Positions 40,602-47,657 of a DNA stretch of 64,000 nt are shown here, one piece after another; position 1 is the stretch's first letter, and every line of letters starts with the position of its first letter. The DNA lies in the NCBI GenBank assembly GCA_035629775.1, contig DASPHG010000006.1, positions 693 through 64,692 of the forward strand, given 5' to 3'. The notes beneath the pieces are model-generated. The model had not been told where the DNA came from, did no database searches, and worked only from the letters and a program-made list of their open reading frames with translations. Source of the stretch: Thermoleophilaceae bacterium. GTDB taxonomy: Bacteria; Actinomycetota; Thermoleophilia; Solirubrobacterales; Thermoleophilaceae. Made by a program: the position numbers and the translations under genes.

Positions 40602-41597
40602 ATGCGACGCCTTCCGCTCCTCCCGATTGCGCTCCTTGCTTCCCTTGCCGTGGCGCCGCCCGCGCTCGCCCAGGGTCCCAACCTGCCGATCAATCAGCCC
40701 GGCAAAAAGGCCAAGGCGAAGCCCGGGAAGGCGACGCTCACGTTCCGTGACGGCCTCCGCCGGAACGGCAACATGTTCCTGACACGCGGCCAGCGGGTCA
40801 AGCTGACCGGCAGCGCACGTCCCTTCGTCCCGGGCCAGTACGTGCGTGTCGAGCTGCGGCGCGATGGCCGGACGGTCCAGCGGAAGGTCAAGCGGCTCCG
40901 CAAGGCGCGCGGGGGCAAGGGCAAGTTCGCGGTCGCCTTCAAGCCGCGCCGCAGGGGTGTGCACTGGTTCCGGGTGAGCCATCGGCGCACCGCGAAGCAG
41001 CAGGCGTTCAGAACGCAGAAGCGGGCGCGCGTCCTGGACAACACCGCTAGCTCGGGTGCCCGCGGCATCCAGGTCCGGATGCTCCAGAAGGGCCTGAGGC
41101 GGCAGGGCTACGGCGGTCTCGGGACGAGCGGCTACTACGGACCGGCCACCGCGCGTGCGGTGCTGGCGTTCCGGAAGGTCAACAACCTCGGGCGCCTGAT
41201 GCGGGCGAACCGCGAGGTGTTCCAGCGCGTGTTCGAGCGGCGCGGGACCTTCAAGCTGAAGTATCCGCGCGCGGGCAAGCACGTCGAGGCCGACCTCTCG
41301 CGCCAGGTGCTCGTGCTGGCGCGGAACGGCAGGGCCGAGCGGATCTACCACACCTCGTCGGGCAAGGCGTCGACCCCGACCGTCCTCGGCTCGTTCCGCT
41401 TCTACCGCAAGGATCGCGGCACCAACGGAGTCGGGATGGTCCACTCGAACTACTTCATCGGCGGCTACGCGATCCACGGGTACCACTCGGTGCCCACGTA
41501 TCCGGCGAGTCACGGTTGCCTGCGGGTGCCGATCGCGAACGCGCTCGGGATCTACAAGTGGATCAACCTCGGCGACAGGATCTTCGTTTACCGATGA
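40602..41597 (+). CDS. L,D-transpeptidase with a peptidoglycan-binding domain
   Basis: Signal peptide MRRLPLLPIALLASLAVAPPALA. PG_binding_1-like region VRMLQKGLRRQGY...GPATARAVLAFRK. YkuD catalytic motif HSVPTYPASHGCLRV. Confidence 0.88.
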   Translation: MRRLPLLPIALLASLAVAPPALAQGPNLPINQPGKKAKAKPGKATLTFRDGLRRNGNMFLTRGQRVKLTGSARPFVPGQYVRVELRRDGRTVQRKVKRLRKARGGKGKFAVAFKPRRRGVHWFRVSHRRTAKQQAFRTQKRARVLDNTASSGARGIQVRMLQKGLRRQGYGGLGTSGYYGPATARAVLAFRKVNNLGRLMRANREVFQRVFERRGTFKLKYPRAGKHVEADLSRQVLVLARNGRAERIYHTSSGKASTPTVLGSFRFYRKDRGTNGVGMVHSNYFIGGYAIHGYHSVPTYPASHGCLRVPIANALGIYKWINLGDRIFVYR

Positions 41598-41607
41598 CCG
41601 CCGCTAG

Positions 41608-41931
41608 TTGTCGTTCCTGATCGATCCGCCGCTGCTCGTCGCCGGTGGGGCCGCGTGCGCCCGGGCCGGTGGGGGCGATCGCGCGCGTGCATGCGCCGCG
41701 ACGACGGGTGTCTTCTGGGCGGCCGGCGCGGCGTTCTACACCGACCGCCGGTGGACCCGGCCGGTCTCGCGGCTCTTCGGCTCGCGTGACGGTCAGGACT
41801 TCATGATCAACTCGGGCGTGCTCGACATCGGCTACCAGCCGCGGGCGGCCGGTACGCACGCGGCGGCGCTGGCCGCCTTCGCCACCTACCCGCTCTGGTT
41901 CTTGCTCGGATGGACGCTCGCGCGCGGCTGA
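41608..41931 (+). CDS. hypothetical small membrane protein
   Basis: TTG start. GC3-rich codons. The hydrophobic C-terminus is AALAAFATYPLWFLLGWTL. It overlaps pyrE by 22 nt. Confidence 0.45.
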   Translation: MSFLIDPPLLVAGGAACARAGGGDRARACAATTGVFWAAGAAFYTDRRWTRPVSRLFGSRDGQDFMINSGVLDIGYQPRAAGTHAAALAAFATYPLWFLLGWTLARG

Positions 41932-42461
41932 TCGCGGCGCTCCGCGAGCACGCGCTCGTGATGGGCGAGGTCACGCTGACGAGCGGCGCGACCGCGCAGT
42001 ACTACGTGGACGCGAAGCGCGCGATCCTCATCCCGGAGGGGTTCCTCGCACTCGGCGAGCTGGTGGCGGCCGAGGCGCGCGATCTCGGCGCGACCGCTGT
42101 CGGGGGGATGACGATGGGGGCCGACCCGGTGGCCTGCGCCGCGCTCGCGGGCGGCGCCGACGTGAAGGCCTTCTTCGTCCGCAAGGAGCGCAAGGAGCAC
42201 GGCCTGCAGCGCTGGGTCGAGGGCCCGCTCCTCGAGCCGGGCGAGCGGTGCCTCGTCGTCGAGGACGTCGTCACCACCGGCGGCTCGACGGTGCGCGCGA
42301 TCGAGCGCGTCCGCGCGGAGGGCTTCACGATCGCGGGCGTGGTCAGCGTGCTCGACCGGCTTGCCGGCGGCGGCGAGGCGATCGAGGTGGCGGCGGACGC
42401 GCCCTACCGGCCGCTCACGACGATCGACGACGTCTACCCGGATCGCCCGGACCGCGCCTAG
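41910..42461 (+). CDS. pyrE: orotate phosphoribosyltransferase
   Basis: GEVTLTSGATAQYYVD... and the PRPP loop LVVEDVVTTGGS. Confidence 0.92.
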   Translation: MDARARLIAALREHALVMGEVTLTSGATAQYYVDAKRAILIPEGFLALGELVAAEARDLGATAVGGMTMGADPVACAALAGGADVKAFFVRKERKEHGLQRWVEGPLLEPGERCLVVEDVVTTGGSTVRAIERVRAEGFTIAGVVSVLDRLAGGGEAIEVAADAPYRPLTTIDDVYPDRPDRA

Positions 42462-43045
42462 CCCCGCGGCGCGCGGGCGCGAAGGCTCGCCAGCATCACG
42501 CCGAGCGGGCCGGAATGGACCGGCGCGGAGCCCAGGCGGGCGGAGAAGGCCACCACGGTGTAGGTGACGCGGCCCGGCCGCCGGAAGGCGGTGACGCTGA
42601 TCCGCTGGCGCCCGCCCGTGGCGGCGAGCGTGCCCGTGCCGTCGACTCGCCCGTTCGGATAGGGACTGCGAGGGACGGTCCGTGCCCGCGTGGCTCGAAC
42701 CCGGCGGAACGCCGGCAGCGCCCTGAAGGCGCGCCGCGCGTAGCGGGGGGCGGGGGTCGTCCGCCCGGGCTCGCTTCTGTCGGCGGCGACCGTGACGGCG
42801 AGCAGCCTGTCGCTCGAGCGGATCAGCGTCGCGCCCCGCCGGGTGCGCGCGGTCCACTCGCGCGGCACCGACATCGTGAAACCGGCCGCCCGGTTCGCGA
42901 GCGTGCGCCAGCCAGGCGGGGGATCGGCGGGCGGGTCTCTGCGCTCGGTCGCCGGGTCGGGTGCGCCGGCGAACTCGTCATCCTCGTCGCATCCGCCGGC
43001 GAGCGCGATGGCGAGCGCGGCCAGGAGCGATGCGGTCGCACGCAC
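42458..43045 (-). CDS. hypothetical lipoprotein
   Basis: MRATASLLAALAIALAGGC lipobox. No other motif recognised. Confidence 0.65.
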   Translation of the reverse strand: MRATASLLAALAIALAGGCDEDDEFAGAPDPATERRDPPADPPPGWRTLANRAAGFTMSVPREWTARTRRGATLIRSSDRLLAVTVAADRSEPGRTTPAPRYARRAFRALPAFRRVRATRARTVPRSPYPNGRVDGTGTLAATGGRQRISVTAFRRPGRVTYTVVAFSARLGSAPVHSGPLGVMLASLRARAPRG

Positions 43046-43092
43046 CCGGCGAGGTTATCCGCACGTCCAGCGTGAGCCTCAGGTCATTACAG

Positions 43093-43111
43093 CGGCCGCG
43101 AATCGCGGCCG
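43093..43111. promoter_or_regulatory. perfect 19-bp palindrome in a divergent promoter region
   Basis: CGGCCGCGA-A-TCGCGGCCG, read directly. It lies between the lipoprotein start (43045, -) and the pilin start (43142, +). Confidence 0.4.
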
Positions 43112-43141
43112 ATACGCGGTCCTAAGCGAAGTTCCCAAACC

Positions 43142-43600
43142 ATGCCCTTCTCCCACCGCATCCGACGCGAGGACGGAATGACCCTTCTGGAGGTCCTGGC
43201 CGTCTGCGCGATCCTCGGCGTCCTCGCCGCGATCTCCTACACGCTTTTCTTCGGGCAGGACCAGAGCGCGTTGGACGCGCAGGCGAAGTCGAACGCGCGC
43301 AATCTGCTCTGGAAGGTCCACACGTGCTTCACGGCCACCGAGGACTACACCCTCTGCGACGAGCCGACCGAGCAGGAGCCGCCCCCGGGAGTGATCTGGG
43401 GCGACCAGCCCGGCGAGACCGAGGTCGTGCGCGCGGAGACCTCGAAGTACAAGGTGACCGTCACCTCGCGCTCACGCGCAGCGACGAACGGGGCGAACCA
43501 CACCTTCACCATCGTGAAGGAGCTGAACGGGAGCGATTCGCGCACGTGCGCGGCCGGCACCGACAACGACGCCGGCGGCTGCAAGCGCGGCATCTGGTAG
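43142..43600 (+). CDS. type IV pilin/pseudopilin-like protein (class III signal peptide)
   Basis: Basic leader MPFSHRIRREDG, then MTLLEVLAVCAILGVLAAISY (cleavage after G, Glu at +5). C-terminal Cys pair CAAGTDNDAGGC. Confidence 0.75.
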   Translation: MPFSHRIRREDGMTLLEVLAVCAILGVLAAISYTLFFGQDQSALDAQAKSNARNLLWKVHTCFTATEDYTLCDEPTEQEPPPGVIWGDQPGETEVVRAETSKYKVTVTSRSRAATNGANHTFTIVKELNGSDSRTCAAGTDNDAGGCKRGIW

Positions 43601-43610
43601 TCCGTCTCGA

Positions 43611-43627
43611 ATACCCGCGGGGGGTAT
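43611..43627. promoter_or_regulatory. candidate CsoR operator (GC-rich inverted repeat)
   Basis: ATACCC-gcggg-GGGTAT, immediately upstream of and overlapping the first possible csoR ATG. It matches the ATACCC...GGGTAT style of known CsoR boxes. Confidence 0.55.
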
Positions 43628-43934
43628 GCTCTCCTGCATGACAGCCACCTCTGCAAGACGCGGCTACTCGGCGACGAAGGACGAGCTCGCGAAACGCCTC
43701 CACCGGATCGAGGGCCAGGTTCGGGGCATCGAGAAGATGGTGGAGGACGACCGGTACTGCACGGACGTGCTGACCCAGATCGCCGCCGTTCAGTCCGCGC
43801 TCGACCGCGTGGCGCTGAGCCTCCTCGACGGGCATGCCCGCCACTGCGTGGTCGGTGGCCACGGCGACGGCGAGCCCGAGGAGCTGACCGACGAGATGAT
43901 GGGCGCCGTGGCGCGGCTCATGCGACGCGGCTGA
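43626..43934 (+). CDS. csoR: CsoR/RcnR-family metal-sensing transcriptional repressor (Cu-type C-H-C ligand pattern)
   Basis: LAKRLHRIEGQVRGIEKMVEDDRYCTDVLTQIAAVQSALDRVALSLLDGHARHCV. ATG 43638 is an alternative start. Confidence 0.88.
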   Translation: MLSCMTATSARRGYSATKDELAKRLHRIEGQVRGIEKMVEDDRYCTDVLTQIAAVQSALDRVALSLLDGHARHCVVGGHGDGEPEELTDEMMGAVARLMRRG

Positions 43935-43939
43935 CCGCG

Positions 43940-44920
43940 CTAACAGGGCGCGGCCACGGGCGGACGCGGGGGGAGGCGCGCGGCGAGCCATCTCGCCGCG
44001 TCGCTCAGCATCTGCGTGCCCGACTCGAACCCGCCGTCGTCGGCCGTCGCCGCCAGCGTGGCGACGATGCCTCCTCGCCCGGGGTCGAGGTTCACGACGC
44101 CGATCTGGCGGACGAGGTACGCGCCGTCAACGCCGGGCCCCCAGCCGCCCTTGAACCGCGGCTGTCCCGGCATCTCCCCGAGCCCCCACCGCTGGCTCGG
44201 GACCACGCTCCCCATGAGGTCGAGCAGGTAGTCGGTGGTCTCGCGGTCCGCGAGGCACCCACCGGCGAGCGAGGACATGAACGCGTGCTGGGCCTCGAGC
44301 GACCACTCGGTCTGGCCGTAGGGGGAGAACCCGTCCCTCCCCTGGGTCGACACGACGGTGTTCGGATCTCCGGCCGCGCGTAGCACCTCCGTGACCGCCG
44401 CAGCCGCGCCGTCGACGCCGCCGTGCGTGGCGATCAGCCCGTTCCACAACTCCATCGCGGCGGCGTTGTCGGAGGCGGTCAGCGCGGCTGAGATCCAGGC
44501 CCGCTGCTGCGAGTCCAGGCGGCCGGGACCGCCCGCATCGTCGGTCACCCGCAGCGCGATCGGAACCTTGATCGTGGACCACGCCGCGCCGCTCTGCAGC
44601 GTCCCCAGCTTCTCGAGGCCGCCGTCACCAGCCGCCCCGACCGTCATGCCCAGCTCTCCGGGGAGCGAGTCCGCGAAGGCCTCGAACGCGCTGGCGTCGG
44701 CCGCGCTCATGATGTCGCCGGCGGGGGCCCGCTCCGCCGGCGTGGTTGCCTCCCGTTCGAGCCTGCGCTCCAGCGTGCGCTTTCTCTCCTCGAGCCGTTC
44801 GAGCCGCCGCTCGTCGGCCGGCGACGGGATGGCGGCCGAGTCGGTCGCCTCCGGGTCATCGCCGCAGCTCGCGAGGAGCACCGCCATCAGTGCGAGCAGG
44901 GAGAAGATCCGGGAAGACAT
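43940..44920 (-). CDS. class A beta-lactamase-like serine hydrolase, lipoprotein
   Basis: Lipobox LLASC. Motifs WSTIK (SxxK), SDN (LTASDNAAA) and KGG (FKGGWG), in the class A order. Confidence 0.65.
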   Translation of the reverse strand: MSSRIFSLLALMAVLLASCGDDPEATDSAAIPSPADERRLERLEERKRTLERRLEREATTPAERAPAGDIMSAADASAFEAFADSLPGELGMTVGAAGDGGLEKLGTLQSGAAWSTIKVPIALRVTDDAGGPGRLDSQQRAWISAALTASDNAAAMELWNGLIATHGGVDGAAAAVTEVLRAAGDPNTVVSTQGRDGFSPYGQTEWSLEAQHAFMSSLAGGCLADRETTDYLLDLMGSVVPSQRWGLGEMPGQPRFKGGWGPGVDGAYLVRQIGVVNLDPGRGGIVATLAATADDGGFESGTQMLSDAARWLAARLPPRPPVAAPC

Positions 44921-44957
44921 GGCGCTGACGGTATCTCGGGGTTATCGTGGACGCGAC

Positions 44958-45446
44958 ATGCCGGATATCCGCAGATCGGTTTTTCTAGCGCTCGCGAGCG
45001 CGGTCCTCGTAGCGGGCTTCGGCGGGTGCGGCGGGGACGACTCGGAGGACGTGAGCGAGGAGCGGATCTCGCAGGAGCGGCGTGAGGCGGCGCAGATCGC
45101 CCGACAGGAGGAGCGGGTGAAGCAGCTCGAGCGGGAGCTCCGGGAGCGGCAACGAGGCGACGGCCAGGCCGCGCCGGAACCGGGGCCGGCGCCCAGCGCC
45201 CCGCCCTCCAGCGGGACCGCCCCGGCGGGCACGACGAGCTGCGGCGACGGCGTCTACGTCAACTCGGTCACGACGTGCCCATTCGCCCACAACGTCCGCG
45301 CGGAGTACAACTCGAGCGGCGGCAGCGGGGACATGACGGTCGAGGCATACAGCGCGGCCACCGGGCAGCGCTACGTCATGACGTGCTCAGGCGGAAGCCC
45401 GCACGTCTGCTTCGGCGGCAACGACGCCCGCATCTACTTCCCGTAG
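44958..45446 (+). CDS. hypothetical lipoprotein
   Basis: ATG 44958: MPDIRRSVFLALASAVLVAGFGGC lipobox. A charged coiled segment, a Pro-rich linker and a Cys-containing C-terminal domain. Confidence 0.6.
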   Translation: MPDIRRSVFLALASAVLVAGFGGCGGDDSEDVSEERISQERREAAQIARQEERVKQLERELRERQRGDGQAAPEPGPAPSAPPSSGTAPAGTTSCGDGVYVNSVTTCPFAHNVRAEYNSSGGSGDMTVEAYSAATGQRYVMTCSGGSPHVCFGGNDARIYFP

Positions 45447-45456
45447 GCCCGCCGCG

Positions 45457-45492
45457 TCCTGAAGGCTGGATGCCCCCGGCAGGATTCGAACC
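45457..45492 (-). repeat. 36-bp direct repeat: duplicated 3' end (22 nt) of tRNA-Arg plus 14 nt of 3' flank (att-like scar)
   Basis: tcctgaaggctggatgcccccggcaggattcgaacc occurs identically at 45457-45492 and 45533-45568 (period 76 bp). The second copy is the 3' end of the intact tRNA. Confidence 0.85.
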
Positions 45493-45546
45493 GGATGTGA
45501 GCCGGGACGGCGAACGACGTCGCAGGTTCGCATCCTGAAGGCTGGA

Positions 45547-45619
45547 TGCCCCCGGCAGGATTCGAACCTGCGACACCAGGTTTAGGAAACCTGTGCTCTA
45601 TCCCCTGAGCTACGAGGGC
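45547..45619 (-). tRNA. tRNA-Arg (anticodon CCT)
   Basis: Reverse complement GCCCTCG-TA-GCTC-AGGGGATA-GAGC-A-CAGGT-TTCCTAA-ACCTG-GTGTC-GCAGG-TTCGAAT-CCTGC-CGGGGGC-A. 73 nt, no encoded CCA. Confidence 0.9.
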
Positions 45620-45646
45620 GCTCGGCGAGCTTAGCCCTGGCCGGCT

Positions 45647-47023
45647 CTAGAAGTTCGGACAGCGGAAGCGACCCCAGGCCTTGCACGCGCCCTTCACCGG
45701 CGCGCCGTTGGGGTTGCGGAGCACGACGAGGTCGGCCGTCGATGAGAAGAGCCCGCGGCCGCCCGGTTTGCCCCACTCGTAGAACGAGACGACGCCCCTG
45801 AACGGGCCGCGGCCCGGGAAGACCCCACCCGGCTTCTTGTGTACGAAGAGCACCGCCGAGCTGCCCGGGCGGAGGAACGAGCCGCGCGGGAACTCGAAGT
45901 AGAAGGGCTGGTTCTCGATCTCGTACTCGTACAGGTTGATCGTGTCCGATCCGCGGTTCGTCAGCGTCACCCACTCGTCGGTGCTGCCGTTGTTCGTGAC
46001 GGCCAGGTTGATGTCGCCGTTGTACGGCTCGGAGCATGTCTTCTTGCACGGGTACATCTGCCAGGCGCGCAGTTCGCTGTTCGGGTCGAACAGGTAGGCG
46101 CCGTCGCCGAGCCACTTCTTGTCGCCGCTGACGTTGTCGAAAATCGTGTGAGGCTCGCCCCAGTGGAAGGTGTTGGCGTCGTTCTTGCCCTTGCCGACCA
46201 CCACGCGGATCGCGCCGTTCGCCGGGATCTTCGCGTTCTTGGGGAACCGGTAGCCGGACTTCAGCTTGCGGCCGCGAAGATGCGAGTCACGCAGGTTCCA
46301 GCCCTTCAGCGAGACCTCCTTCGAGCTCTCGTTGTGGATTCGGATCCATTCGCCGCCCGGCTTGTCGGTGCCCTCGCCGTCCCACCTGATCTTCATGCGC
46401 AGCTTGGCGTCCTGCGACGGCCCGGGCTTCCCGCAGGCGGTCGGGTTGAACAGACCGGCGCCGCGCTTCTGGGCCTTCTCGGTCGCCTTGAAGTAGCCCT
46501 TGTTCCACGGCCACTCGTTGCCGTTGGGGAACCACAGCGCCAGTCCCTTCTCGAGCAGGGTCACCGCCGGGTCGACCCAGCGCCCGCCCTTGCGGACCTG
46601 GAGCGCGCGGCGGAGCCGGACGCGCTTCCCCTGGGTGACGCTGCTGCCGCGCAGCGCGACCAGGCGGAACTTGCCCTTGATCAGCTTGTCGAGCGTGTTA
46701 GCGGCCTGCGGCCCGAGGCAGTTCCCGCGCCGGCCCTTGCCGACGCGCGTGTAGTGCGAGAGCTCGGGCGCCTGGAGGCCGAGCATCCGGACGGTCACCG
46801 CCCCCTTCTTGGTGTACTTGCCGCCGGGCGTCTTGACCTGCGGCCGCAGCGTGTCGCCGTCGGCCACGTACTTGACCTTGGCGGTCCACACCTTGCACTT
46901 CGGCTTCTTCTTGCCGGGGACGCAGGGAGCGCGCGCGGCTTCGGCCGCCGGTGCGGCGACGAGCAGCGACGTCAGGACGGCGGCGAGTCCCAGGGCCCGG
47001 GTCACCAGACCAACGTAGGGCAC
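45647..47023 (-). CDS. secreted thermonuclease (SNase-like) fused to two lamin-tail-domain-like modules
   Basis: GTG 47023 (GTG 47005 alternative). Signal peptide ...ALGLAAVLTSLLVAAPAAEA. SNase motifs YVADGDTLRP, VRMLGLQAPE. LTD-like segments EWIRIHNESSKEVSLKGWNL and EWVTLTNRGSDTINL. Unusually Lys-rich. Confidence 0.8.
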   Translation of the reverse strand: MPYVGLVTRALGLAAVLTSLLVAAPAAEAARAPCVPGKKKPKCKVWTAKVKYVADGDTLRPQVKTPGGKYTKKGAVTVRMLGLQAPELSHYTRVGKGRRGNCLGPQAANTLDKLIKGKFRLVALRGSSVTQGKRVRLRRALQVRKGGRWVDPAVTLLEKGLALWFPNGNEWPWNKGYFKATEKAQKRGAGLFNPTACGKPGPSQDAKLRMKIRWDGEGTDKPGGEWIRIHNESSKEVSLKGWNLRDSHLRGRKLKSGYRFPKNAKIPANGAIRVVVGKGKNDANTFHWGEPHTIFDNVSGDKKWLGDGAYLFDPNSELRAWQMYPCKKTCSEPYNGDINLAVTNNGSTDEWVTLTNRGSDTINLYEYEIENQPFYFEFPRGSFLRPGSSAVLFVHKKPGGVFPGRGPFRGVVSFYEWGKPGGRGLFSSTADLVVLRNPNGAPVKGACKAWGRFRCPNF

Positions 47024-47037
47024 GTTGCCGGTTTTCG

Positions 47038-47646
47038 CTACTCCTCGTAGAGAGATTCGTTCGCGAGCTGACCGCCGCCCTCGCCCCAGAGGCGAATGTC
47101 GACGTAGTCGCCGGTGTAGTTGTCGAGCGACACGAGCGTGAAGCGGTCCTCGAGGAGCTCGCACTGGTCGGTCGTCGTCGGGCCGAGCTCGGCGGTCGCC
47201 ACGGCGCCGTGGGGCACGAGCGCGACGCCCCATACGAGCGTGATCACCCCGCGGCGGCCCTGCGGACCGCGCCAGGTCCCGAGCTCCTCGTCCGAGAGGT
47301 CGAGGCTCCAGTCCGGGTTCGCCTCGGCCGTCTCGTCCGTGAAGTCGGCCACGGCGTAGAACGCGCTCGCTTCGGCGCCCTCGTGCTCGCGCGTGAACGA
47401 GACGTAGCCGAAGACCTCGAAGCCGGTGGTCGTGGTCGCGCTGGCCGGGAAGTACGTCCGTCCCTCCCAGGAGCGGTCGGGGAACCACCGGATGTCGCCG
47501 ATCTCGCCCAAGTCCTCCTCGGAGCGGATTTCGCCGAAGGCCGCGCGGAAGCGCTGGCCCAGCGCCTCGGCCCAGCGCCCATACGGCAGCGCCTCCTGGG
47601 GCGGCTCGGCGATGAACTGCGGGATCGGCCTCTCAGAAGGCGGCAC
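47038..47646 (-). CDS. hypothetical acidic cytoplasmic protein (no lysine)
   Basis: GTG 47646 is the first start after the galT stop. 202 aa, GC3-rich, with 24 E + 13 D versus 14 R and 0 K by hand count. No motif recognised. Confidence 0.65.
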   Translation of the reverse strand: MPPSERPIPQFIAEPPQEALPYGRWAEALGQRFRAAFGEIRSEEDLGEIGDIRWFPDRSWEGRTYFPASATTTTGFEVFGYVSFTREHEGAEASAFYAVADFTDETAEANPDWSLDLSDEELGTWRGPQGRRGVITLVWGVALVPHGAVATAELGPTTTDQCELLEDRFTLVSLDNYTGDYVDIRLWGEGGGQLANESLYEE

Positions 47647-47657
47647 GGCGCGGCAAG

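Noticed and set aside
43045-43142. Possible distal att copy (gcggtcctaagcgaag versus gcgtcctgaaggctgg) that would delimit a 2.4-kb island from 43.1 to 45.5 kb
   Set aside because: Only about 10 scattered matches, far below what I would accept without a computed alignment.
45493-45532. A second (tandem) tRNA gene formed by the 40-bp filler plus repeat copy 1
   Set aside because: It cannot fold. The T-stem 5' strand would be TCCGG against the required GCAGG, and no acceptor, D or anticodon arms can be drawn. It is a 3' fragment only.
45275-45576. Short ORFs (45275-45538 +, 45376-45576 -) across the tRNA-Arg scar
   Set aside because: They are built from tRNA and repeat sequence, with no start context or coding bias.
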